NCBI GenBank assembly: GCA_965153285.1
Contig: OZ229122.1
Strand: one strand, 5' to 3'
DNA length: 64,000 nt
DNA from: Podarcis tiliguerta
Lineage: Eukaryota
The notes under the pieces are model-generated. The model was not told the origin of the DNA, ran no database searches, and saw nothing but the letters and a program-made list of their open reading frames with translations. Within the stretch, counting starts at the first letter, position 1. The number at the start of each line of letters is the position of its first letter. Positions 10,801 through 21,897 of this stretch are shown piece after piece. The translations under genes and the position numbers were made by a program.

Positions 10801-13303
10801 TACCAACACACCTGGTCAATAAGGAAATGCAAAGCCACCCCAACCCCAACCTGTCCCGCCCCCCCGCCAAGGCAATAAAAACAGATCTAACATGGGGAAA
10901 AAGGAAGGAGGAAGAAAGCAGTGCTTTGGCCCAGAACGTGCAAGTATAACACAGGTGCCTCATTTAAGAAGTTTTAATTCCACTGCCATTTTGAACTTAG
11001 GAACCCCCTTCACAGCTGCTTCACAAAGGGTTTATCTACGGGAAGCTAACATTATAGGGAACATAATCTTTAATAAAAATTAAACACACACATCAAAAAT
11101 GCACAGTGCATTTAACTTCTCTTCCCAGCAAGCTTTGCTGGGTAAGACTTAATTTTCCTCCAGAAGAAAAAAGGAATTCCTCCAACCAAGCATTAGCCCT
11201 CAACATGAGGGACTGCCTGGTCATTAACATAAAAGTGGATGAATTTCCATCATCGTTAAAAAAAAAAAAGAAAGATTAAGTAGAAGGTGAGGGAGCTTTT
11301 GTAGTGTATGGCCAGCAAGCCTACCTTGATCCTATATTACAAACTTTTTACAACATACAAAATAGATCAATATTTATGATTATAACACGTATTTCCCAAC
11401 CCGCAAGTTATTCAAGAGTAAATATACACAATAATTATAACAAATCTGGTACCAATCACATGACAGAAGTACTGTGTAAGGCAAAAAAAAAAAAAAAATC
11501 AACCAACCAGCTAGCTAGCTAGGTCTGATGTTATAACCATCTGCATCCAGTAAAAACAAGAGCAGGGGCCAAGAAGGAATTCTGCTTCTGTTTCAGGATC
11601 AATAGTGTTCAGCACAGAACGGGATGCATCTACTTCTGGGAAGCAGTGTAGTAGTGATTTCTGAGCAGGCCACCACACATGGAGACAAAGCCACACCAAG
11701 AAGAACGTGTGCAATCTACAACTGGAGTGTATTTCTTGCTTACTGGTAAAAAGGCAAATGAGAATGCCGCTGCTCTGACCTCAAGCCCCAAAACAACACT
11801 ATGAGATTTCCCTCTGATGCCAGGCCAGGTTTTCCGTGCTACAACCAAGACACCTAGATTGCACAGGCGACACTTCCACAAGGGGAGCAGCAAGCACCCC
11901 AACCGTCACGTGCACAGATGGCAACTCTCCTCCTCGTGTGCAAGAAGCACCAAGAACATGATCATGTGTGTACAAAATATATTGCATGAAGGCTCTAGTC
12001 ACCCCCAACCTTAGCAGCTACTCTCCTGGATTATTAACCGTCACAACGATCAACTCCGAGTTAGGAGTGATCAGTTTACCACTTAACCGTTTGCATTTGC
12101 ACACACTGGCAGGGGGCGCTGCTTGGAATAGGATACCACTCATAACCAGAGCTGAATGCTTCCCTATCTGACTTCCTTCTGGTGCCTCAGGGTAGGCAGG
12201 CAGCCGGGACCCACTCAACCCTCAGCCCAATGGTAAGCCCCCAAAACACGCCTGCTGCCAGAGGGCATTAATACATAGGACAACTCCTTCTCAAAGCTAC
12301 CCACGGCTGGAGGAGACAAGATGGGGTCGTGACTTCATTCGTGGAAACAGTAGGAAGTGATCTTTCCGAAGAGGCAAGACAGTCAATGTCACAGTCTGAA
12401 CAACAACTACAACTTGGGGCCTAAAGTGCACTCTGCCCTGCATGGCCGCGACATTTGCGCCCATGGCAATGTCACACATGTGGCAGTAGCGACTGACAAG
12501 ATTATAATCGGCATGATTAGGAGCCACAGGGATTTGTACTGGAATGCTAGCAGCCGACACTCAAGGGAAAGATGACAGCTTCAGATCTGCAGGACAAGGA
12601 GCGCTGCAGCGATGGAGTGTAAATGTGCACCCTGAATTTCACTTGTGCTACCACGGATGCTGCTACAGTTGTATAGGTTTCCCCATTTAGAATTCGCTCC
12701 AAGCGATGCTGTTTATACTAATTTTCTCCCCTCCTCTCTTCAAGTTAACCACAATTTTAACGTGTTAGTATGTAGTGTCTGCATTCAAAAACGGAATAGC
12801 TATTTCAGTCCTTCTAATGCTCACCTCTTAAAAAGAAAAAAACCAGTATTCCCCACTTCGCAGGCATTTCTCTGCCCTACGCTAGGCAAGGATCACTTGC
12901 TTCAACCTGGCCCAGAGATCCAAAACAGTGCTGTTTGGCTTGCGTTTCTGGAAAATATTGACTGGACCCTTGATCTTGAACAGCAGTTGTTTATGAACTG
13001 GGGTGGCTCTTCCCTCCATGACACAAATGGCAAGGGAAATGAGAAACCCACACAGATCTGCAGAAAAGGGTTCTCACCCAGCTGTGCCAAGAGACGTCCT
13101 TTTAAGTCCAGGTGTGAAATGCATAGATGGAAGTGAGTAATGGTAGGTTTGTCCGGGTTCTTGAAACAGTTTGGGGGTTGGGGGAATCAACAGCAGGAAT
13201 GTATTTTTCATGCAGGTTTCTGAGGGATGGGAAGGAAAGGGAAAATCTGAGAACACAGGTCCATTTTTTTTGGTGCTGTGGAACCGTGCCCAGCTGCTGT
13301 TTT
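7885..13303 (-). other. WIPF2: WIPF2 3'UTR (about 5.4 kb), probable poly(A) signal AATAAA at 7907-7912
   Basis: Follows the stop codon. Repeat-poor, with AU/U-rich blocks (11240-11500). Minus-strand AATAAA is followed by a GT-rich stretch (gtggtttgcataatttgtt). The end point is inferred. Confidence 0.6.
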
Positions 13304-13344
13304 TCACCTTGGGATGGGAGGCAGAGGAGGCGCCCCACGAGTAG
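13304..13344 (-). CDS. WIPF2: WIPF2 last coding exon
   Basis: ctttttcAG|CT ACT CGT GGG GCG CCT CCT CTG CCT CCC ATC CCA AGG TGA = ATRGAPPLPPIPR*. Confidence 0.96.
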
Positions 13345-14118
13345 CTGAAAAAGAAAGAGATTGTTAATGCCACAGATGCATCACCATAGGAAGTTAGGCT
13401 CTACAAAGATGCTGATCACAAAGCAAAAGAGATAATATTAATATTAATATTAGTAGTAGTAGTAGTAGTAGTAGTATGTATACCACCCTTCATCCAAAGA
13501 TCCCAGGATGGTTTACAACATAAAATAAGAACAAGGATAGTTCACGATAGAAAATCAGATACAAAATACAAAACAAAACAAAATCAATAACCTCCCAATA
13601 ATCAATACGAAGTTTCCACATTGCTACCACTATCCCTAGGTAGTCATTTTGCCAGGGCTAATGAGGTGCAGATCTCATTAGGCCCACCAGGCCTCCCTGT
13701 TTGGCCCAGAAGGCTATTTTTGCCAAGCTACATCCACCTGCCCTACACCTGACATTAAGAGCAGGGCACGTAATAACCTAGCTCAGCTGAAGGGGGCTTT
13801 GCAGGCACTACTGATCAGCTGGGACTGCAAAGCCCCGTACCAAGTGCTCAGCAAGGCCAGGCTATCAGCTGACAGTAAAGTGTTTTGAAATCCCTTGTAA
13901 AGTGCTATGCAAGACCTGTTGGGTGAAAAAAGGATGACCTGGCACCACTGTGACATCAGGTGACTTACAGGTGGGTGGATCTACCTACCTATAAAACTTG
14001 GTCCATGTGGGATGGGGGAAGATAATAATTTGCCGCGCTAGCCAAATTCTGTTCCCCACCATTGCATGATGCAGATTTGAGTTATGCCAAAAAAAATAAA
14101 ATAAATAAAAATAAAACT

Positions 14119-14270
14119 GAATCATAGAATTGTAGAGTTGGAAGGGACCCCAAAGGACATCTAGTCCAACCCCCTGCAGTGAAGGAATCCTGCCCACAGC
14201 CATCCCTGGGTGGGCTCAAACCACCAACCTTCTGAATTACAGCCAGACACGCTAACCCATTGTGCCACTT
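14119..14270 (-). mobile_element. tRNA-derived SINE with tRNA-Asn-like head and CR1-like tail
   Basis: Minus strand reads gtggcacaatgggttagcgtgtctggctgtaattcagaaggttggtggtttgagcccacccagggatg (tRNA-Asn-like), then ggattccttcactgcagggggttggactagatg...cccttccaactctacaattctatgattc. Confidence 0.8.
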
Positions 14271-14747
14271 CAAACTTGCACGTCGTTCTCATGTTTTCCA
14301 GGTAGCTAGGCTTCTACATCTTGTTCAGCCCATTCCAGCAAATCCTTTGCCATGAAGAGCAGTGAGTCATCATGTTCCCACCCCCGGGGCTCCCCAGTCG
14401 CTCTGCTTCTGCAGCTGCTCCTGTGACTCCTGCATTCCCTCTTCTTCACAAAAGCACAATGAACTTGGACAAGTCCAAATCTGAACCAGTGTTAAATTTA
14501 TGCAAGACTGCACAGTTTGCATAATTTGAAAAGGCCCAGAAACAGAATGAAGGAATTGTTGATGATTTTAAATAAAATCATCTCATTCGTAATGCTGGCA
14601 AGCCATATTCTCAGTCCCACGGAATTAAATTGCTTATCACAACTTGCCAAATTTTCAAGCATGGAGCTGAAAATAAGTTTGCTTTATGAACTATCAGCCA
14701 GATACCTGGGAGACCAATAAGCAGATGTGAGCCAAATCCGTGCTCAC

Positions 14748-14849
14748 CTCTATTCGTTTTGCTGGGATAAATCTTCTGGAAGTGCTTGAACTCTTCTGGC
14801 GCTGGGAAATCTTCCACTGGGTGAAAGGAGTATTTAGATTCAAAGTCAT
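14748..14849 (-). CDS. WIPF2: WIPF2 coding exon 6 (WASP/N-WASP-binding domain)
   Basis: 102 nt, ttttctgcAG| to |GTGAGC. Encodes DDFESKYSFHPVEDFPAPEEFKHFQKIYPSKTNR. Confidence 0.97.
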
Positions 14850-15936
14850 CTGCAGAAAAGGAGGAAAATAAGGGCTGAAAACCATTTCTGGTCTGAAGGA
14901 TTCCCACTGCCCTACTTTTCACGTCCATAAAACCCTGAGGCTGGAATGATGGCTAAAATGGCAAAACTTGAAGCAGCCCCACCCTGAAAGTAAGGCTAGG
15001 GGCAGATCTCCAGGTGCCAAATTTTGGTCACCATTATATGCAGATGCCAGACTGGTAATAAGAGCTTTGTGCAGAGTGTCAGAATGGGCATGAGTCAGCA
15101 TTTCAACATTCCTATAGATATATCTATATATATATATAGTTTGTGTCACTGCTTCTCCAAGTAGCTGTTTGGGCATTCTGTACAAAATGAAATGTACCTA
15201 AAATAAACTGGTACAGACTATAAATAAAAGCATCCAGTGGATATATAATTCAAAGCATCAGATGCTTAACAAGCTGTCAACACCAAAAGGGACAGAGCGA
15301 CTCCATCTGTACACATGCTAAGCCAAACCCAACGAAGGATAAAGAGGAAGTTCCCAGAGAACTTTGCACCTCCTTTTCCGGGTTGCTAGAAGTGAAGCCA
15401 CAGTTTGGCTTAGCTTCAGACATTTGGTCTATTTTGCTTCAGACCAACCATGAGATGTTGGCAATGTTTGTTCTCAGGCTGGACACGCTGAGTTTGTCTG
15501 GAGAAAGAAAAGCCATGAACCCGAATCTGGACATAGCGTTAGGGGAAACCATGGCTTAGTTCACAGCAGTGCAGCATCAGCAGGATGAAAGGAGGAGCAA
15601 AACTGCATCAATCTCCTCTCTGGGACCCCACAGGGTCACTCATTCATGCCAAGCCATAGTATGACTTGGCAGCCTATGCTAACACGTCTATGCCAGCGTC
15701 TTTCGTTTTAGAGCTGCTTCCTAAGCTTGTATGAATGAAGTTTCATCCCCAACAAACACACTTCTTCCTGGCTGATCACAGTATTTTTTATAGCCACCGA
15801 TACCAGCCAAACCAGCAAAAGTATTGTAATTCTGGGCAGGCTGGTTTTCCTTTGAATCCAGTGCATGTCCTAAAAGCCAACTTAAATGCACCTGACACCT
15901 ATAATTTAAGGTAACAAGCAGGTTCTTTCTACTCAC

Positions 15937-16149
15937 CTCCTAAGAAAGACCTGACAGTGGAAATAGAGTCCCGGTGTCCATTTCTCATGGGTGGGGGAGG
16001 GGGAGGAGGTCCAACTGGCGTCCTGGTGGGTGGGGGTGGGGGTTTCCCACGGCTCGTAGGGTCTGACGTCCCGTGCATTCTGTAGGGTGGGGGAGGCGGA
16101 GGGGCATCTCTACCGCCATTTCGGATCATGGGTGGTGGCGGTGGAGGGG
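15937..16149 (-). CDS. WIPF2: WIPF2 coding exon 5 (proline-rich)
   Basis: 213 nt, ctttgcAG| to |GTGAGT. Encodes APPPPPPMIRNGGRDAPPPPPPYRMHG...RNGHRDSISTVRSFLG. Confidence 0.96.
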
Positions 16150-17136
16150 CTGCAAAGGAAATTTCCCAGGTCAGGATTTCAGGAGCTAGCTTAGTAGCCA
16201 AAAAAGGGAAAAGCAGAGTTCCCTAGGTAGCCAAGCAAACAGCCCTAGGCCTTTCATCAACATCACTGGCTCTGCAGGCCCTTGACAGCCTTGTCCTTTC
16301 CTTGCACCTGCTATACAGGGTTCTGGGGTTTTTCCCCCTGACCTCCCAACGGCGTTAAATAATTTTCTTTCTTATTGAAGAGGCTAATTCACCTATGTGA
16401 CCCTTAGCATGGCGAGTTGTAGGCTACCAAGCCCTTGGTGAGCATTGTGCGCATGCTGAAGTGACTGCAAAATTGCTGCATTCTGATCGTGACATACCTG
16501 CACCAACTGTCATTTCTGCTTCTTTTTGGAGGGTTTGCAGTTGCATGGGGAGTCACAATCTGGGCACAAAATAGGCTGGTCAGATGATCGTGCTCCACAG
16601 TAACAAACACCCCACACTAAACAGGTTGGCTTATTTGTAGGGCAAGAATGTAATACCTGCTTTTTGTTGTCACTGTTCCGAAAAGCACAAGCATCTACTA
16701 ATTAATGACCAGCTTTTTAATAACTATGAAGCTTTGGGGTCCTTAGGAGGGCAAGGCATACCCTTCTGAACAACTTAGAAAACTAAATTTGATCCCACGT
16801 GTCTTGGTTGCAAAGACTCTCCCCATGCAACTTGAATTTATATTCCAGTCTTCCAAGCATCACTAACATGCTATGGTGGCAGTACCCTTTGTGCACAATG
16901 CCTGGGATGGGGAAGCTGGTCCTTCGGGTATGGTTCAAACGGAAAACTTCCTATGCTACAGAGCATGAAACCAGGCAATTCCTAACCACCTTAAACCCAC
17001 TGCATACACATCCTGGCACCAAGATCGGAGACTATGGACAAGAAGGCATTTTTTCCTCTTGAGAGATGAACAAGAGGCTGTCAACGCCAAGACCCCTTAC
17101 AGTTTTTCATAAACAAGGGCTAGGAGATACTCTTAC

Positions 17137-17799
17137 CTGCGCCCCGGCTTGGAGGCTCACGGGCAGGAGGTGGGGGCCGACTGCTCTGTAAAGAAGGGGA
17201 GGCTGAAGGGGGCGGGGGAGGAGCCATACCCCTCACAGGCCCTGGTGTCTTTCGATGCAAGGAATTGTGTCTCTGCGGAAGCTCGGGAGCGGACTCGTTG
17301 GTGGGGCTGGCGGGGCCGTTGGGTACACCGGGGGGTTGGCGGTAAGGCGGCGGAGGAGGCGCCAGAGACTGGCCCTGACTGCTTGGTCCCGTTCGGATAT
17401 TCACTGGGGAAGGGGGTGGCTTGATAGGGGGAGGAGCTGGCGGTCCATCCCGAGTCCCTGGGAGCCGCTGTCCTGGCGTTGGTGGCAAGGGCTTTTCGCG
17501 GTTGTAGGAAGGTGCTTTGCTGCTGTGCATGGGAGGAGGGGCAGGGGGTGCGTTGGCTCGGCGTCCCGGGGGCGGAGGCGGCGGAGCCGATGAGCTGTGT
17601 TTCATGCCGGTGCCGCTGGCGGTATTTGGCCGCGAGAGATCTGGCAAGGAAGGTCTCTGCATGCGCGGAAGTTCCGGAGGGGAAGCCCGGCTGTTGTCAG
17701 CGTCATCTTGGGGCCGGCTGCTGGTTGCAGACACCGGGGGCCGCGGAGCCGCTGATCTGGACCCAGGGACCTGGAGGCACTGCTTCCCAGAGGGACTTT
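17137..17799 (-). CDS. WIPF2: WIPF2 coding exon 4 (large proline-rich exon)
   Basis: 663 nt, ggtttcAG| to |GTAAGA. Encodes ESPSGKQCLQVPGSR...REKPLPPTPGQR...APELPQRHNSLHRK...PPSRGA. Confidence 0.97.
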
Positions 17800-19261
17800 C
17801 TGAAACCAAGGAAAGCCAGCACAGAGTTGCTTATTAGAGAAGCGAAATAGATCAACATCTCCTTCCAATATAAAGCAACTCCTTTTGGCAAAAACCACCA
17901 TCCAATTAAGTGGAAACTGACAACGTTTGTCCTTGTACTGAGACCACAGCCAGTGATATACTGTTCATGCAGAGCCTATATTCTAAATGACTGGGAGGTT
18001 TTCAGATGTCTGGGCACAAATGTTTCCCACAGCAGAAGGGATGAACGACGCAAGTCAAATTTTAATTGCTGGACATAGAAAGGACATCAGGGGAAAGAAA
18101 AGGGCGACTTCTTGATTGCCAATGTAATCCTGGCAGGCAGCTAAAAGCTTTGGACAATTCACTCATTTAGGGGTGCAAAATTCTGTTATTCCGTCCATTA
18201 ACTTCCTACATCTACAGCTTCCTGAACAAGGGTCCTCTGATTCCCTTGCCTGTTCAACCCACTTGGCCTTCCCAGCATCAACAGCACACCACCCCTCATC
18301 TCCAGGCACTGTGAGAGTCCTCACTTGCAGCACTTTATCCTTGGCCAACCCCACGTCCACATGCAGCTCCTTCGCAGCCCACTGCCCCCTACTTTCCAGT
18401 GCAACTTTTCCTCACTGGATTCTCAGCTTTCAAGCTCCTTGTTGCCCCTTAACTTCTCTCTCTTCTCCCCCATGTTTCAGAAGCCCGACTGGCTTCAACT
18501 ACAAGTCAGGTGTTAAGTGTTGATGGTCCCTTCCTGTGCAATGCTCTTCCAGCAGATTCGGCAGGACTCCTTGCTGGTAATTTTCTATCATCTCTCCCAG
18601 ACCCTATTCACTTGCTTATACTTTTCTCCATTGAGTCAGTCTATATATATGAGAATGACAGCAACTGAATGACAGTGTTCAACCCCAAGGGATTTTCACA
18701 GCAGCCAACAACTTAACTAATCAAGTCAAACAATGATCGATATTAGAATTCAGAACAGAAACTTATCAGAGGTAATGTAAACACACACGTCTCTTTGGGG
18801 AAGGAATTCCATAGACAGGGTGCGCTTCACCCCTACCCTCAAAAACCCACTCTTGGCCACCACCAGCTTCACCTTAGATGGCCAGAGTATCCAAAGGGGG
18901 GCCTCAGAAGAAGATCTAGAGGTCCAAGTAAGTTCACATAGAAGCAAGCAGTCTTGTAATACACCAGTAATACACACAGGCAGATAGGCGGGGGAGGAGA
19001 CATGGTTTCCACCCTCCCTGACTAGTTTCTACCTTCCAAGCCTGATTAGTCTCAGCTCCACAGGCATTAAGTGCCACTACAAGCCGACATAAATTTTCCT
19101 GATCGTTTCAATAAGGAATGGACTTGCTCTCAAAACCAAGTTGCAATCACTCTTCTTCAGGAGCTAGGGTAGTTGATTACTCAAACACAAGGTTCAATCA
19201 CACATCATGATTTAAACCACTTTTATTCAGTCTAGTCCAGTCCACATTCTGTGGTCCTCAC

Positions 19262-19375
19262 CTGAACTGTCCTTTACTCCCACAGGTCGAAGCTTGGGGA
19301 CACCACCCTGGAAGAGGCCACCCTTTGGTGGCAGAGGGGATGCGCCGGAGTTGTAGCCACCACTGCCCTTGGATT
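19262..19375 (-). CDS. WIPF2: WIPF2 coding exon 3
   Basis: 114 nt, ttcttccAG| to |GTGAGG. Encodes KSKGSGGYNSGASPLPPKGGLFQGGVPKLRPVGVKDSS. Absent from the ORF track. Confidence 0.95.
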
Positions 19376-19457
19376 CTGGAAGAAAAAGGCCCCTGGATTA
19401 TTTATTTAGTTTCTAAAGACATTTCTTTAAATACCACCTCGGGAACATAGGGAACTA

Positions 19458-19716
19458 CCGTATTTTTCGCTCTATAAGATGCACCAGACCACAAGACGCA
19501 CCTAGTTTTTGGAGGAGGAAAACAAGAAAAAAAATATTCTGAATCTCAGAAGCCAGAACAGCAAGAGGGATCGCTGTGAAGTGAAAGCAGCAATCCCTCT
19601 TGCTGTTCTGGCTTCTGGGATAGCTGCGCAGCCTGCATTCGCTCCATAAGACGCACACACATTTCCCCTTACTTTTTAGGAGGGAAAAAGTGAGTCTTAT
19701 AGAGCAAAAAATACGG
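19458..19716. mobile_element. Tc1/mariner-pogo-type MITE
   Basis: TA|CCGTATTTTTCGCTCTATAAGA ... TCTTATAGAGCAAAAAATACGG|TA terminal inverted repeats, with an internal hairpin at about 19545-19620. Confidence 0.9.
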
Positions 19717-19729
19717 TACCTTATTCAGA

Positions 19730-20155
19730 GACAGACCATAGATCCAAGCCGCTCAGTTCTGTCTATGCCGCTCGGCAGTGCTTTTCTCCAGGGTTTCAGG
19801 CAGGAATTCCCCCCAGCTCTAACTGGAGGTGCCAGGGATTGACCCTGGGGCTTTCTAATTACAGTGGAACCTCTACTTACCACCATAATTCGTTCTGGCG
19901 GCCCGTCATTTAGGCGAAACGGGTCGCTGGTACCGTTGTGTGCATGTGCAGATGGCAGCAGCTGCTTCTGCGCGTGTGCAAACAGCGGAAGCCGTTTCTC
20001 CACGTGCACGAATTGCAGCAAACCCGGTATTTACTTCTGGGTTTGCCGCGGTCGCGACTTGGATCGGGCCCAGGTAGAGGCAGTCGTAAGTAGAGGTTCT
20101 ACTGTACACGAGAGATGCTCTAAAGAGACGCTCTGCTCTGCTCTACACTGAGCTT
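19730..20155 (-). mobile_element. Old tRNA-derived SINE interrupted by a MITE
   Basis: ...ctccagggtttcagg...ccagggattgaccctgggg (B-box-like) then, after the MITE, ...ctctacactgagct (A-box-like). Similar to the element at 50800-50945. Confidence 0.55.
19862..20104. mobile_element. Tc1/mariner (Tigger-like) MITE
   Basis: TA|CAGTGGAACCTCTACTTAC ... GTAAGTAGAGGTTCTACTG|TA; CpG-rich interior. Confidence 0.9.
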
Positions 20156-20574
20156 TGGTTCTTCTCTTCTGGGCTTTACATAGGCAGCCTCCGCCATATT
20201 CTTTTACTCAAGGTGCTGCTTCTCAGCATGTGGGCAAAGAAAAGACCCAGTGGTATTGGAGTCATCTCCTCCTGAAGTGGTAGTATGAAAGCAGAGAAGG
20301 GAGTAACTTTACTGCTCCAGATCACATGGGTATCAGACAGCGGCTGCTGCTTAAAGAGCTAAGCACAAATACATCGTAGGCTGTGCATTTACCTTCACAC
20401 CAGGATTTAGAGACACCTGTTTCCGAGGATTTAAATGTGCAGCTGCCAGTTTTATTTTACTGCTAACTGCAACACTTTATTTCAAGCATTTGCACCACTG
20501 GGACCTGTGCAGTTTAGGAGGAAGTTTGCTGCCTTCCTTCAGAGAACAAAGAGAACATTTTTTTGCAACTACAA

Positions 20575-20686
20575 ACGCAGACAGGAGAGTGCTGCTTGTG
20601 AGCTTCCCAGAGGCATCTGACTGGCCACGGTGGGAATGTTGGATTAGCTAGACCTTTGGTTTGATCCAGCAAGGCTCTTCTTATGC
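20575..20686 (+). mobile_element. CR1-type 3' end fragment
   Basis: cttcccagaggcatctgactggccac...ctagacctttggtttgatccagcaaggctcttcttatg, matching the similar tail at about 54890-54968. Confidence 0.6.
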
Positions 20687-20835
20687 TGGCATACAGAGGG
20701 GGACTGTGCAAGAACTCACGCTGCCAAACAAGGAGGCTCCTATGCTTTACGCTGTCAGAGGGAATGATAGCCTCAGTCACAAAACAAAGGGACTGACTGC
20801 TGCAGAGCCTTTCCCCCAACAGATCAATGGAGAGA

Positions 20836-20973
20836 GCTATTGACAGCTCAGTCTGTAGAGCCTGAGACTCCATCTCAGGTTCGTGGGTTTGAGTCCCACA
20901 TGGGGCAAAAGAGTTCTGCATTGCAGGGGGTTGAACTAGATGACTCTTGTGATCATTTCCAATTCTCTGATTC
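20836..20973 (+). mobile_element. tRNA-Lys-derived SINE with CR1-like tail
   Basis: agctcagtctgtagagcctgagactc...ctcaggttcgtgggtttgagtcccacatgggg followed by ctgcattgcagggggttgaactagatgac...ttccaattctctgattc. Confidence 0.8.
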
Positions 20974-21576
20974 CACGAAGGTATGCAATCCAGACCACCA
21001 AATTCCACAAGCTATGAGTGAGTTCAGCACAGAAGGTACCCGCTAAGAAGTGACCCGAGTAGCGCAGCCAGTAATTGCTACTCCTGCGAGGTTCTGCTCA
21101 GGAGTAAAGTGGGGGAATGGGGTGGCAGGTTGAGAATGACTCACGGCGTATGCCAGCAAATGACTCCAAGTAATTCAAGCGAGTGAGCCCAGCCACATGC
21201 TGCAGTGCATGGAGAAGAAGAGTCCTCCCCTTCCGGCCCTTCTGTCTTTCCCCAACTCCTCATACAGCACAATGCCAGATCAAGCACACAGCGTATCAAA
21301 CAGACAAACGTAAGCAAAAGCCTCACCCCAAGGGCAATTTCATGGGCCACAGCCCTCTCCCTCCCTACCTGCCTCACCTGATGCCTCTGTTCATAGAGAT
21401 TCTAAGCCATTTCCTCCCATACCTGCTACTGAATTCCTTTAAGAGTGAATGCTCAACAGAAGGGCTGAGCACCACCTGGAAATTTGGGGGGGGGGGGGAG
21501 GGAGAGGAGGCCACCGTGAGCTTTCCCAATTAGATAGCAAAGAACTTATTGCAATTGCCCCAGACCCCATGCTTAC

Positions 21577-21709
21577 TCTCAATGATGGGTGCACTCCGGT
21601 CATTGACTTGGGTCACCTTTTTCAACTTGGCCCCTTTACAGATGTCTTGCAGCAATGCTCCCCTCCCTTGCTGCTCATTCCTGCTCAGTTTTGGAGGGTC
21701 TGTGTTAGC
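21577..21709 (-). CDS. WIPF2: WIPF2 coding exon 2 (WH2 actin-binding domain)
   Basis: 133 nt, cctttcAG| to |GTAAGC. Encodes ANTDPPKLSRNEQQGRGALLQDICKGAKLKKVTQVNDRSAPIIE with the WH2 LKKV motif. Confidence 0.97.
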
Positions 21710-21840
21710 CTGAAAGGAGAAGATCGGCAACCAGGTTAAGTGGAGAAAGGTAAGCACAGGAGTAGTTCTTGGGTGCCCCTGTGAATGCTTTTCAGCAGGG
21801 CTCTTTGCATGTGGACAGCAAGGACAGGAGGACCACCTAC

Positions 21841-21897
21841 CTGATTGAAAGTTGGGGGCGGGGGTGGTCCAGGGGGAGGGGGAGGAGGTATTGGCAT
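21841..21897 (-). CDS. WIPF2: WIPF2 first coding exon (ATG at 21897; exon acceptor at 21953)
   Basis: cattgcAG|GTTTATGAG...aaagATG; encodes MPIPPPPPPGPPPPPTFNQ|GTAGGT. Coding exons sum to 57+133+114+663+213+102+41 = 1323 nt = 440 aa plus stop. Confidence 0.96.

Noticed and set aside
12645-13136. 163-aa + strand ORF
   Set aside because: Starts at GTG, lies antisense to the WIPF2 3'UTR, and has no motifs or splice support.
17149-17850. Gly/Arg-rich + strand ORFs
   Set aside because: Antisense shadows of the proline-rich WIPF2 exon.
20836-20910. Possible tRNA-Lys gene (also 39254, 44517) and tRNA-Asn gene (14201-14269)
   Set aside because: Stems or anticodons are degenerate and each runs straight into a shared LINE-like tail, so these are SINE heads, not tRNA genes.
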